A DNA stretch of 64,000 nucleotides from an uncultured delta proteobacterium. Its GTDB lineage: Bacteria; Myxococcota_A; Polyangia; Haliangiales; Haliangiaceae. A program made the position numbers and the translations under genes. Positions 37,853-48,070 of this stretch are shown piece by piece (the stretch's first letter is position 1; every line of letters starts with the position of its first letter). Location of the stretch: the NCBI GenBank assembly GCA_963743525.1, contig CAVUQH010000004.1, positions 192,001 through 256,000 on the forward strand. The letters are read 5' to 3'. The notes below the pieces were generated by a model. That model was not told the DNA's origin. It ran no database searches and saw nothing but the letters and a program-made list of their open reading frames with translations.

Positions 37853-39733
37853 GTGGAAACGGCGCGCGATGCGCTAAGATGGATCGGGGTGAGGGATCAG
37901 GGGGAAACGTTCGGGCGCTACCAGCTGGGCACCTACCTCGGGCGTGGCGGGATGGGCGAGGTCTATCTGGCGCGCGTCGCCGGGCCGTCCGGATTCGAGA
38001 AGCGGGTGGCGATCAAGATCCTGTCGCAGAGCCACGCCCGCGACGTCGAGCGCTCGCGCCGCCTGCTGTGGGAAGCGCTGGTCAGCTGCCGCCTCGACCA
38101 CGCCAACATCGTCTCGGTCCTCGACGCCGGCGAGACCGACGGCCGACCGTTCATGGTGATGGAATACGTACGCGGCTACAGCCTGGCGCAACTGCTCGCC
38201 TTCCTCCGCGACGACGACAAGGCGCTGGCGCTGTCGTCGGCCGTGTTCATCGCCCGCAAGGTCGCCGCGGCGCTCGACTACATCCACACCTTGCCGGCCG
38301 AGGACGGCGGGCCCGGCGGGCTGATCCACGGCGATACCTCACCGTCCAACGTGCTGCTGGCGATCGACGGCCGGGTCAAGCTGGCCGACTTCGGCGTCGC
38401 CAGCGCTGCGGCCAGCGCCCAGCCCGGCGGCGTCGGGGTCGCGGGCAAGCTGACCTATCTGCCGCTGGCGGCGTTCGAAGGCCGGCCGACGCGCCCCGAC
38501 TGGGACATCTACGCGCTGGGCTGCGCCCTGTACGAGATGGTCACCGGCTCGCCGCCGTTCGCCGGCGAGCGTTTCGGTCAGGTGCGGCAGTCGCTGACCC
38601 AGGGCTGCACCCCGGTGCTCGAGCTGCGCCCCGACTGCCCGCCGGAGCTGGCCGCCGTCATCGAACGCGCGATCGCGCGAGACGACAGCTCGCACTTTGC
38701 CAGCGCGCGGCAGCTACTCGCCGCCCTCGACGACGCCTGGCCGCGCACCGTGGACGACGCCGAGCGCCACCGCGCCTACCTCGAGTCGCGATTCGAAGAC
38801 CCGAGCTTCGTCGACCGCTTCGGCCCGCTGCCTGCGCCCGCCGGCATCACCGCCCGCTTTGCCACCGTGCCGCCGAGCGAGCTGGAGATGGTGCCGACCA
38901 CGCCGTCGGCCGTCGGCCCACCGCTGCGCTTTGGTCTGAGCCCGGCGCTCGGGGCCGACCTGGCTCGCACTCACGGCGAAGCAATGGCCAGCTATCTCAG
39001 TGGCCGGCTGAGCCGGACGGTGCTGACCACGGTGTTCGCCGACTACCGCACGCTCGCCGACAGCGTCATCTCCGGTGAGGTCAACGTCGGCTGGATGCCA
39101 CCGCTGGCGATGATCTCGGTGCTGCGCCGGGGCGGCGGCATCCTCGCCAGCAGCCAGCGGCGCGGCGCGAGCAACTACCGGGCGGCGATCGTCGTCCGCG
39201 ACGACTCTCCGTACCAAACCCTGACCGACCTGCGCGGCCGCGACCTGGCCTGGGTCGACCGGCAGTCGGCCAGCGGCTATCGCGTGGCGCTGGCGATGCT
39301 GGCCGACGCCTTCGACGAACGCTCCCCCTCCCTCGGTCGCGAGCACTTTCACGGCTCGCATCGCGCGGTGTGCGAGGCGGTGGCCAACGGCTGGGCCGAC
39401 GCCGGCGCCACCTACGCCTCCCTCGGGCCCGACGGCGCGATCGCGACCGCCGGCTGGCTGGACGTGTTGGGCGAGCGGGCGGGCGAGCTGCGGCTGCTGT
39501 CTCTGTCGCCGCCCATCCCCAGCGACGGCATCGCCCACCGCCCGGGGCTGGACCAGACGCTGCAGAACGAGCTCCGCACCCTGCTGCTGTCGATGGCCGG
39601 CGACGACTGCGGCCGGGCGCTCCTCGCGGATATCTTCAACGCCGACGCCCTGGCCGCGCCCAGTGGCAACGAGGGCATCTTGCCCGACGCCACCCTGGTG
39701 CACAGCCTCGAGCGGATCGACGCCAACGGCTAG
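37853..39733 (+). CDS. Ser/Thr kinase domain fused to PhnD-like phosphate/phosphonate-binding domain
   Basis: GRGGMGEV, VAIK, HGDTSPSN, DFG; C-terminal DLRGR.LAWVD..SASGY, GSH..V..AV..G.ADAGA, IPSD. Start may be a later GTG. Confidence 0.85.
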   Translation: METARDALRWIGVRDQGETFGRYQLGTYLGRGGMGEVYLARVAGPSGFEKRVAIKILSQSHARDVERSRRLLWEALVSCRLDHANIVSVLDAGETDGRPFMVMEYVRGYSLAQLLAFLRDDDKALALSSAVFIARKVAAALDYIHTLPAEDGGPGGLIHGDTSPSNVLLAIDGRVKLADFGVASAAASAQPGGVGVAGKLTYLPLAAFEGRPTRPDWDIYALGCALYEMVTGSPPFAGERFGQVRQSLTQGCTPVLELRPDCPPELAAVIERAIARDDSSHFASARQLLAALDDAWPRTVDDAERHRAYLESRFEDPSFVDRFGPLPAPAGITARFATVPPSELEMVPTTPSAVGPPLRFGLSPALGADLARTHGEAMASYLSGRLSRTVLTTVFADYRTLADSVISGEVNVGWMPPLAMISVLRRGGGILASSQRRGASNYRAAIVVRDDSPYQTLTDLRGRDLAWVDRQSASGYRVALAMLADAFDERSPSLGREHFHGSHRAVCEAVANGWADAGATYASLGPDGAIATAGWLDVLGERAGELRLLSLSPPIPSDGIAHRPGLDQTLQNELRTLLLSMAGDDCGRALLADIFNADALAAPSGNEGILPDATLVHSLERIDANG

Positions 39734-39773
39734 TGCTTTGACAAGCCGTGGGCGCCGATGCTATGCGGCGCCG

Positions 39774-40265
39774 ATGGCGGCTCTTCCCATACTCCGGCGC
39801 ACTGCCTGGGTCGCGCTGGTTCCCCAGGCGCTGATTCTCGGCGCCCTGACCGTCCTGGCCTGGGCGACCCTGCCGTTGCCCGACCCGATGGCCGCGGTGC
39901 TGGTGGCCTTCGCCGCGTGCGCGGTGTGCATGTTGCTGGCGCGCGGGCTGCTCCTGTCGCACCACCGCAACGGCGTGATCGCGCTGCGTCGCGGACAGCT
40001 GGGCCGGGCCGCCGAGGAGTTCCGCGCCAGCTATCGCCGTTTCGACGCCCACCCGTGGCTCGATCGCTACCGCCACATCATCACCTTCAGCGGCTCGGCC
40101 ATCTCGTACCGCGAGATGGCGCTGGTCAACGAGGCGTACGCCCGCGCCCAGGCCGGGCGGGTCGATGACGCTCGGGCGCTGTACCAGCAAACCCTCGACC
40201 AGTACCCGGACTCGGTCATCGCCCGCATGGGGCTGAAGCGGATGGACAGCCCCGACGGCGAATGA
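39774..40265 (+). CDS. Small two-TM protein with TPR
   Basis: Two hydrophobic helices then TPR-like helices; TTGACA at 39738 upstream. Confidence 0.75.
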   Translation: MAALPILRRTAWVALVPQALILGALTVLAWATLPLPDPMAAVLVAFAACAVCMLLARGLLLSHHRNGVIALRRGQLGRAAEEFRASYRRFDAHPWLDRYRHIITFSGSAISYREMALVNEAYARAQAGRVDDARALYQQTLDQYPDSVIARMGLKRMDSPDGE

Positions 40266-40266
40266 G

Positions 40267-41061
40267 TCAGCGGCGCGGCGCCAGCTCGGCGCCGTCGCGA
40301 ACCCGCTCGCCGGGATAGATGACCACCTCCTCGCCGGCGGTCAGGCCGCCCGTGACCTGGACGGCCAGGCGACCGCGATGCCCGACCTTCACCGGGCGCA
40401 GGCGCGCGCGGTCGTGGTCGACGACGTAGACCGCCCAGCCGTCGCCGCTGCGGAACACTGCGCTGACCGGGGCGCGAAGCACGTCGTCGTCGTGCCAGAC
40501 CAGGACGCGCGCGGTCACCCGATAGCCGTCGCCCAGCGCCGGTGGCGGATCGTCGAGGCTGACCACGACGTTGACCCGCTGCTCCTCGACGCCCAGGGCC
40601 GACACGCGGGTGAACGCCGACGGCTCGACCAGCCGCACGCGGCCGACCAGCGGCGTCGCCCCGCCCCAGTCGTCGATGGCGACTCGAGCGCCGGGTGCGA
40701 CGGCAACTGCGTCGCTCGACAGGACGTCGACCACGACCTCGAGCGCGGCCGGCGACCAGCGCGATGCCGTTGAGCGGCGGCGGACCGGTCTCGGGAATCG
40801 CGGTAGACCACCCGGCCGTCGGTCGCGACATCGAGTCCACCCAGGATGTTGAGCAGCGTCGACTTTCCGCTGCCCGACGCGCCGAGGAGCGCCATCAACT
40901 CGCCCTCGTACAGGTCGAGATCGACGCCGCGGAGGGCGTGGACGTCGACCTCGCCCATCCGATAGAGCTTCGTCAGACCGCGGGCCGACAGGACCGACCC
41001 GGCAGCAGCCGGCGACGACAGCGGGCTGGGACGAAGGCGCCACCACGCTCTGCGGATCCAT
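40267..41061 (-). pseudogene. Chimeric remnant: ABC ATPase N-terminus joined to HlyD-type periplasmic adaptor C-terminus
   Basis: HALRGVDL...[18 protein letters not shown] stops near 40797; adaptor motifs [27 protein letters not shown] start near 40752. Confidence 0.8.
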
Positions 41062-41221
41062 ACATCCGGCGTGCCAGCGTCATCCGTCGGCGCACCGACG
41101 CGGCGCGCTCCCCGCCGCGCAGCGCCTGCGCGAGGCCCCGAGGGCAGCGCAGGGACTGCGTCGCTCAAGCTTCGGACTGAGCGGCCGATTGGTCGGGTGT
41201 ACCGCCACACGAGGAGGCCCC

Positions 41222-41635
41222 ATGCTCGTCCGCACCTACATGAGTACGCGGATCATCACCGTTGAACCCGACGCCAGCATCCTGGATGGCTTGCGCCTGT
41301 TCACGCTCCACCGCGTCCATCATCTCTGCGTCGTCCGCGACGGGCAGCTCTGTGGCGTGGTGAGCGACCGGGACGTCTTGCTCGCCCTGCCCGAGCCGGA
41401 CAGCCAGAGTCGCGGCAGCGTTGCCGGTCGAATGACGGTCGACGGCGTGATGACGCGCGATCCGCTGGTGGCACACCCGGATATGTCCCTGGAGGTTGCC
41501 GCCGAGACCCTCTGGCGATTCTCCATCAACTGCATGCCGGTGCTGGAAGATCGCGAGCTCGTCGGCGTGCTGACCACCCGGGACTGCCTGCGCGCCCTCG
41601 CGGTGGTCATCCCGCGGCTGCGCGTTACCGCCTAG
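41222..41635 (+). CDS. CBS-pair domain protein
   Basis: Two CBS repeats ([20 protein letters not shown]); GAGGAGG RBS. Confidence 0.88.
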   Translation: MLVRTYMSTRIITVEPDASILDGLRLFTLHRVHHLCVVRDGQLCGVVSDRDVLLALPEPDSQSRGSVAGRMTVDGVMTRDPLVAHPDMSLEVAAETLWRFSINCMPVLEDRELVGVLTTRDCLRALAVVIPRLRVTA

Positions 41636-41644
41636 CGGCGCCGG

Positions 41645-43243
41645 TCAGTCGCGGACGCGCACGGTGATCGGGGTGGCCCGCGCGTCGAACTGGTTGTCCG
41701 GCTCACCGTTGACCGCGCGCATCGGATCGTAGCCGCGCTGCCACGGCAGATCGACGTGCATCGACGCGAGCAGCTGACTCCAGCTGTCGTTCTGCCCGTC
41801 GATGAGCGCGATGAGATAGCGGGCGGACGCCTCGCCCATCTTCTCCCAGTAGGCGGCCAGGCCGTTGGTCACGACATCGAGGTATTCGGAGCCGCCGGGA
41901 TGAACGTCGATGAAGTCCTGGTCGTAGTAGTTGAACGACAGGCAGGAGTTGATCAGCATCACCTGGTAGCGCCACGGAAAGTTCCCGGCGCCGTAGTAGA
42001 ACGGCGCCAGCGGGCCGTGACCGAAGTGGCTGTGGCCGGTGTACGAGAAGATGTCGGCGTGCCAGAACGCCTCGAGGTAGCGCCACTGCGCGTGCTGGCG
42101 AACCTCGGGGCTGCCGTCCTCGTAGCCCTGGAAGACGCGAATCTGCACGGTCATGTCGCGGCGCACGCCGCCCAGCTCGACCTCGACCGGCAGCTCCCAG
42201 TAGATCCAGCGCTCGGAAAAATGCTCGACCACCTGCGCCAGCAGCTGGTCGCGCTGCGCCGTCGTCGAAGCCTCCGCGGGAAAGCCGGTGTTGTCGATGA
42301 CCCAGCTCTCGACGTCGTCCCAGGTGACGCCGTCGAGCTTCTTTCCGTCGACCCAGAAGTCGAGCAGCATCGAGAACGGCGCCGTGCGGACCACGTGCAG
42401 CTGGGGGAACTGCTGGCGCAAGGTCCGCTGGTAGCGGAGCATCTCGCGCAGGCCGTAGTCGCGCGGGTTCGACTCGTCCTGGTCGACACCGAAGAAGGCG
42501 TAGGCGACCAGCATGGTGCGGCTGGTGTCACCGGCGAAGCCCCACAGGCGATCGTACTCGGGGAAGGTCTCGCGCGGATCGCCGGCCGGCGTCAGCACCG
42601 CGCGGGTGGGCATGAACAGCCGGTCGCGGTCGGCGCGGCTGATCTGGTCGTTGGCCTCGGTCAGCGCGGCGGTGGTGTCGTCGATCGAGCCGGCCTCGTC
42701 GCTGATCTTCTGCCGGCACGCCGACCGCCCCGGGTTGTAGTGGTACCAGAGCGAATCGGCGGCCGGCGCGCTCTCGTCGGTGCAAGCCGGCACCAGGTCG
42801 GCGTAGCGAGCCTGGTAGTCGCCGAACAGCAGCGGCAGCTCGAGCGGCGCACCGGCAGTCCGAGAGCGGTCGACCAGGGCGGTGTCGCGGTAGTGATAGG
42901 TCACCCGCAGCACCTGCTCGGCCGCAGCGCCGTCGCTGTCGACCACCGTGAGCGGGGTGCGGATCCAGGCGGTCGGATCGAGGTTGCGCTGGGCGTCGCG
43001 GTCTCGGATGCCGATGCCCTGCTCGCGCAGCGCGCCCAGGGAGCTCTTGACCTGCCGCTGGATGGCCGCGCCGATGACATCGTCACTGGCCCCGGGATCG
43101 ACATAGACGAAGCCGTCCCACTCGATGGTGTTCTCGGCGCCTTCGACCGAGGTGACGTCGCGGTCGTCGTGCCCGCCGACCAGCCCGTCGACGCAGGCGC
43201 ACAATCCCAATCCCAGCAACCAGACCCAGCGGCTCGCCTTCAT
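41645..43243 (-). CDS. Hypothetical lipoprotein
   Basis: LCAC lipobox; C-terminal YTGHS and NSC motifs. Confidence 0.8.
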   Translation of the reverse strand: MKASRWVWLLGLGLCACVDGLVGGHDDRDVTSVEGAENTIEWDGFVYVDPGASDDVIGAAIQRQVKSSLGALREQGIGIRDRDAQRNLDPTAWIRTPLTVVDSDGAAAEQVLRVTYHYRDTALVDRSRTAGAPLELPLLFGDYQARYADLVPACTDESAPAADSLWYHYNPGRSACRQKISDEAGSIDDTTAALTEANDQISRADRDRLFMPTRAVLTPAGDPRETFPEYDRLWGFAGDTSRTMLVAYAFFGVDQDESNPRDYGLREMLRYQRTLRQQFPQLHVVRTAPFSMLLDFWVDGKKLDGVTWDDVESWVIDNTGFPAEASTTAQRDQLLAQVVEHFSERWIYWELPVEVELGGVRRDMTVQIRVFQGYEDGSPEVRQHAQWRYLEAFWHADIFSYTGHSHFGHGPLAPFYYGAGNFPWRYQVMLINSCLSFNYYDQDFIDVHPGGSEYLDVVTNGLAAYWEKMGEASARYLIALIDGQNDSWSQLLASMHVDLPWQRGYDPMRAVNGEPDNQFDARATPITVRVRD

Positions 43244-43257
43244 GGCCCGGCCCATGG

Positions 43258-43272
43258 GCAAGCCTCGTGCCA
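43258..43272 (-). promoter_or_regulatory. sigma54 promoter
   Basis: TGGCACGAGGCTTGC matches TGGCACG-N4-TTGC exactly; the -12 C is 15 nt before ATG 43243. Confidence 0.8.
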
Positions 43273-43362
43273 GAGGCGGACTGACGTCGGTTCGCGACCT
43301 TGCGCGGCGGCGGCGACTAGCGGAGTTGCCGGTGCGCCGTTGTCTTCGGCAACGGCGACGCG

Positions 43363-44895
43363 TCAGGCGACGTCGGGGACTGGCTGGCCCAGGGTCTGGC
43401 TGACCGCGGCGATCAGATCGCGCGGCATGATGGGCTTGTACAGCACCCCGGCGGCGCCCTCGACGGCGTCGCGCGTTCCGCCCGTGATCACCAGCACGGG
43501 CAAGCCGGGCGCCAGCTCGTGCAGGCGCCGCAGCACTTCGGACCCGCGCAGCCGCGGCATCGACAGGTCGAGCAGCACCAGATCGACCTCGCCCGGGCGC
43601 GAGCCGACCAGCTCGAGCGCGGCGTTGCCGTCGGCCGCCTCGAGGGCGCGATACCCGGCGTCGTCGAGCACGCTGGCGATGGCTCGGCGTACCAGCCGTT
43701 CGTCGTCGACGACCAGCACCGAGGTCTTGTTCGCGTCCGTGGACGTCGGCTCGATCGCCGCGGCAGCGTCGGTCGTAGCCGGCAGGTAGATGTCGAACAC
43801 CGTCCCCTCGCCCAACGTCGAGCGACAGCCGACGGCGCCGCCGTGCTCGACGACGATGGCGTAGGTGGTGGCCAGGCCCAGTCCGGTCCCCTGCCCGACG
43901 TCCTTGGTGGTGAAGAACGGCTCGAAGATCCGCTCGCGCACCTCGGCGTGCATGCCGACGCCGGTGTCGGCGACGCGAATACGCACGTGGTCCACGTGCG
44001 CAGTGGCGGAGGCGTCGATCAACTCGGGCGCTCCGGCCGCCACACGCTCGACCGAAACCCGCAGCTCGAGCGAGCCCTCGCTGCGCTCGACCAGCGCGTC
44101 CCGGGAGTTGACGAAGACGTTGACCAGGGCGTGCTCGAGCTGGCCGGCGTCGATCGCCACCCGCGGCAGGTCGCCACCGATCGACAGGGAGATCGCGATC
44201 TCGCGGGGAAAGATCTTCTTGCAGAACTCGATCGCCCGACCGACGACGTCGCCGACCTCTTCGTCTTGCACAGCGCCCGACGCCCGCGGCACCGCGAACA
44301 GCACCAGCTGGCGCACCAGCTCAGCGGCGCGCAGCGCTCCCTCGCGGGCCTCGCGCAGGTATGGCTTGATCTCGGCCGGCGCCTTGCGCTCGGCCAGCTG
44401 CACGTTGGGCAGGATGCCCATGAGCATGTTGTTGAAGTTGTGAGCGATGCCACCCGCCAGCTTGCCGACCGCGTCCATCTTCTGCGCGTGGCGCAGGTGT
44501 TCTTCCAGCTGCCGGCGATCGGTGACGTCGGCGGCCACCATGGCGATTGCGACCACCTTGCCGTTGTCATCGAAGACCGGGCCGAACCGGTTGTCGAAAT
44601 GCATGGTGTTGCCGTGGGTGCCGATGGCGATGTTTTCGAAGGCGGTGGTCTCGCCGGTGGCAACCACCTTTTCGAGCATCGCGTGGGCCTGCTCGCGATA
44701 GCCCGGCGCAACCCACCTGAAGATCGACTGGCCGATCACGTCGTCCATCGTGACGCCCTCGTTCACCCGGTTGACGTAGAGCACGTCACCGTTCGGGGTG
44801 ATCAACATGATGAACGCCGGCACTGCTTCCAGTACCGCGCGCAAGAAGGCATCAGTGCCGGCCTCCCACGGCGTCCGCTCCGCACCACTGCCCAT
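43363..44895 (-). CDS. Hybrid sensor kinase PAS-HisKA-HATPase-REC
   Basis: [47 protein letters not shown]. Confidence 0.93.
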   Translation of the reverse strand: MGSGAERTPWEAGTDAFLRAVLEAVPAFIMLITPNGDVLYVNRVNEGVTMDDVIGQSIFRWVAPGYREQAHAMLEKVVATGETTAFENIAIGTHGNTMHFDNRFGPVFDDNGKVVAIAMVAADVTDRRQLEEHLRHAQKMDAVGKLAGGIAHNFNNMLMGILPNVQLAERKAPAEIKPYLREAREGALRAAELVRQLVLFAVPRASGAVQDEEVGDVVGRAIEFCKKIFPREIAISLSIGGDLPRVAIDAGQLEHALVNVFVNSRDALVERSEGSLELRVSVERVAAGAPELIDASATAHVDHVRIRVADTGVGMHAEVRERIFEPFFTTKDVGQGTGLGLATTYAIVVEHGGAVGCRSTLGEGTVFDIYLPATTDAAAAIEPTSTDANKTSVLVVDDERLVRRAIASVLDDAGYRALEAADGNAALELVGSRPGEVDLVLLDLSMPRLRGSEVLRRLHELAPGLPVLVITGGTRDAVEGAAGVLYKPIMPRDLIAAVSQTLGQPVPDVA

Positions 44896-44922
44896 TTTTG
44901 CCCCCAAGCAGGAAGGCAAGTA

Positions 44923-45456
44923 TTACCCATGCAGGGCGATTGTCATCATGACGTCGTCCACCGAATTTGCCCCGATCCGGAATCGATCGGCGACCCGCCC
45001 GACTTCGCGAAAGCCGAGCTTGCGGTACAGGGCCAGCGCCGGGTTGTTCCCGGCAAAGACGCCCAGGTTGACCCAGGCCAGGCTCGGCTGCCCCCGGGCC
45101 CAGTCCAGCACCGCCGCCAGCAAGTCGGTTCCGATGCCTTTGCCCCGATAGGCGGCTTCGATGCCCATTCCCAGGGTCGCGCGGTGGAGCTCCGTCGGCA
45201 GCTTGCCGCCGTGGAGCTCGGCATGACCGACGATGTTGCCTGCGTCGACGTAGCCCCAGGTGCGCTCCCAGCCAACCTCGGTCGGGGCCAGCAGCCAGCC
45301 GGCCCGGCGCCGGGCCCGCAGCCGCTCCCGGTCCGGGGCCTTGCCGGGAGTGTGGGGACTGAAGATCGGCGCGCCCTTCTTGCCCGACTCGCGCGCGTGG
45401 CGCCACAGGTGCTCGACCAGCGGGTCGAGGTCGGGCTCGCCGAGCAGTCGGATCAT
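44923..45456 (-). CDS. GNAT family N-acetyltransferase
   Basis: YRGKGIG, NNPALALYRKLGF. Confidence 0.9.
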   Translation of the reverse strand: MIRLLGEPDLDPLVEHLWRHARESGKKGAPIFSPHTPGKAPDRERLRARRRAGWLLAPTEVGWERTWGYVDAGNIVGHAELHGGKLPTELHRATLGMGIEAAYRGKGIGTDLLAAVLDWARGQPSLAWVNLGVFAGNNPALALYRKLGFREVGRVADRFRIGANSVDDVMMTIALHG

Positions 45457-45461
45457 CCGGG

Positions 45462-47255
45462 CTACCCGGCGAAGTAGTACAGGCCGGTGAGCTTGCTGAT
45501 CAGGATGTGAATCACCGCGATGATGGCGGCGGCAGCGAAAATGCCCGAGCCGATCAGCAGGGTGTCGTTCTGCGCTTTGTCGGTGGCTTCGAGCTTGCCT
45601 TCGCTGCTTTCGGCCCGGCTCTTGTAGGCCATCATCACGACCCACTTGATCAGGCCGCCGGCGAAGATGGCGGCGCAGGTCTCGAAGTCGAGCAGCATGC
45701 CGATGCCGATGCCGAACAGCGACGGCATGAACCGCGCAGCCCTGGGCCACACGGTCAAGAAGGCGTACAGGCAGCCGGCCAGACTGATCAGCGCGATGGC
45801 CACCTCGAGAGAGCCGGTCATGTAGGCGCCGCCAGCGTAGGTCTTGGCCATGGTGGCGTAGATGGTCGGGCCCGGGGCGGGCAGGCTGGTACCGGCACCG
45901 AAGCCCATCGCCTTGTCGAGGAACAGAATCGCCGGCACCGCGACCAGGACACCGACGATGACGCCGATGAACTGCACGGTAGTTTGGTGAACCGGGTTGG
46001 CGTTGACCAGGTAGCCGGTGCGGTAGTCCTGCATCATGTCCACCGCCATGCCGGCGAGCATGGTGGCGATGATGGTCATGCCCAGCAGCATGGTCGCGGT
46101 GGTCGACAGCGCCAGGGCGAAGACGGTGAGGATGACGATGATGACCAGGCGAACCGGGTTGATGTCGGTGTCGCCGGTGACGCGGCCGTTCATGATGCAC
46201 AGCGGCACGCAGAGGATCCCGACCAGCACGGTCACGTACCAGGGCAGGTCGAACAGCGAGCCGGCCGACAGCACCGCGATGCCGGTGCCGAGGACGGCGA
46301 CCACCGCGTAGACCAGCGACATGTTGGCCGGGGTCGGGTAGCTGGTCACGCCCGGCTTGAAGCCGGCGGGAACCACCGCCGGCGTGCGGAACAGGTAGGC
46401 GAACAGCAGCGTGGCGAAGGTCGGCAGGGTCAGCACGGCGATGGCGCTCCAGCGCAGCCAGTCGCCGTAGTGGGTCGCGTCGATGCCGTGGGAGTTGAGC
46501 AGCGGCCCCAGCACCACCGGCCCGGCCAGCGCGCCCATGAGCAGGCCGATGCCGATGCGCGGGCCGACGACGATGCCAATGCCGAACCCGACCGGATTCG
46601 CCGAGATGCCCAGGCTCTTGCCGTGCAGGCTGGTGATCTCGAGGTTGGGCAGGATCGCGTGGGCGCCCTTGGTGAAGGTGATGCTCGACAGCGTCGACCA
46701 GATGCCGGCGATGCCGCTGAAGATGCCGAGCAGGCGCACCGGCCGCTTGGCCGCCTCGGAGTGGTCGGTGACCGTCTTCTGGATCACCGCGCAGGCCGTG
46801 CCCGACGGGAAGTAGTACTTGATCATCTGCTTGCGCACGGCCGAGCCGAGGACCACGCCCATCATGCCGACGCCGAAGAACAACACGCCGAGCATGACCG
46901 GGTCGGCGTGATAGCTGGGGAACGCGATGCGCACCGCCGCGTAGCTGGTGGCGGCGAAGCCGACCGTGCCGCCGGCGCTGGCCATGGTCTGGCCCAGGTT
47001 GAGCGACTGGATGTGCGCGCGGCGGCGGAAGACCGACAGGATGCCGACGGCGGCGACCACCGCGATCAGCGAGCCACCGTCGCCCCAACCGGTGAGCAAC
47101 GTGGTGTAGATGTTGGTCACCGCCAGGGCCGCGGCGAGCAGGCCGTAGGTGATCCACTCGCGGATCGGCAGGGCCGGGAAGTGGCCGGGGCGCCCTTCCG
47201 AGGGGTTGACCTCGGCGCGCGTGTCGACAGCGGGCTTGATCTTGGAATCACTCAT
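45462..47255 (-). CDS. OPT/YSL family oligopeptide transporter
   Basis: NLGQTMASAG, FPSGTACA, GDTDINP, MMQDYRTG, LPAP; many TM helices. Confidence 0.9.
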   Translation of the reverse strand: MSDSKIKPAVDTRAEVNPSEGRPGHFPALPIREWITYGLLAAALAVTNIYTTLLTGWGDGGSLIAVVAAVGILSVFRRRAHIQSLNLGQTMASAGGTVGFAATSYAAVRIAFPSYHADPVMLGVLFFGVGMMGVVLGSAVRKQMIKYYFPSGTACAVIQKTVTDHSEAAKRPVRLLGIFSGIAGIWSTLSSITFTKGAHAILPNLEITSLHGKSLGISANPVGFGIGIVVGPRIGIGLLMGALAGPVVLGPLLNSHGIDATHYGDWLRWSAIAVLTLPTFATLLFAYLFRTPAVVPAGFKPGVTSYPTPANMSLVYAVVAVLGTGIAVLSAGSLFDLPWYVTVLVGILCVPLCIMNGRVTGDTDINPVRLVIIVILTVFALALSTTATMLLGMTIIATMLAGMAVDMMQDYRTGYLVNANPVHQTTVQFIGVIVGVLVAVPAILFLDKAMGFGAGTSLPAPGPTIYATMAKTYAGGAYMTGSLEVAIALISLAGCLYAFLTVWPRAARFMPSLFGIGIGMLLDFETCAAIFAGGLIKWVVMMAYKSRAESSEGKLEATDKAQNDTLLIGSGIFAAAAIIAVIHILISKLTGLYYFAG

Positions 47256-47375
47256 GGCCGCGGCTCATGTACCACAGCCCGTCGGGCTTTTGAACAAGCC
47301 TCGCTCCGGCGGCAGCCAGCGTGCAGCTAACCGCCACTCACCGCCGGAATCGGGTGCTTGCGGGGCCGGCGTCGC

Positions 47376-47978
47376 CTAGTGGGCGATGACCGCCGCACCC
47401 GCGCCGACCGCCAGGATCGACAGCGCCCGCAGGCCGCTGCTCTGCAGCCAATCCTCGACGGTGATCAGCGCCGGCAGCGTGATCTCGCCCTCGGCCGGCG
47501 AGCGGAAGCTGTGGGCCACCGCCAGCACGCGGATCTCGTTGCGCACGCGGACGAAGGCGATGGCGTACGGGAACTCGCGCAGGTAGACCCGGCGCACGCC
47601 CAACCCCTGGGGCACGCCGCCGTGGAAGCCGAAGCCGCCCGGGTTCTTCTGCACCAGGTCGAGGGCGTCTTGCACGTGCTGGAGGAACGCCTCCATCTGC
47701 CCCGGTTGATCGGCGTACCAGCTGGCGGCGCGCTCGATGTCGACCTCGGCGTCGAGCTCGAAGCGGACGCGCACCGGCGGACCGCCGCGGAGGTAGGTGA
47801 TGGTGCCCAGCTCCTGACCGGCGACGCGGCGGGCACGCTCGCCGATCAGCTGGTTCCACGCCTCTTCGGCCTCGCTGATCGCATTGATGCTGGAGACCAG
47901 TCGGGCGGCGAGCTCGGCCCGCTCTTTTGGCGGCAAGCGCAGTGCCCGCTCGAGGAGCAGCTTGGTTTCGTCGGTCAC
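47376..47978 (-). CDS. Fused addiction-module antitoxin and ParE/RelE-like toxin
   Basis: ALRLPPKERAELAARLVSS...EEAW (antitoxin); AE.DI..A..WY...FPYAI.F....I.VLAVAH..R.P (toxin). Confidence 0.75.
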   Translation of the reverse strand: MTDETKLLLERALRLPPKERAELAARLVSSINAISEAEEAWNQLIGERARRVAGQELGTITYLRGGPPVRVRFELDAEVDIERAASWYADQPGQMEAFLQHVQDALDLVQKNPGGFGFHGGVPQGLGVRRVYLREFPYAIAFVRVRNEIRVLAVAHSFRSPAEGEITLPALITVEDWLQSSGLRALSILAVGAGAAVIAH

Positions 47979-48070
47979 GTCCCTCCCCTACGCCGATCAA
48001 GCGTACCGGCGGCCCCCGCTCGGGTCACGCGGATTCGTATCCGGACGGTGCTACAGGGTATGGTCGGCCG

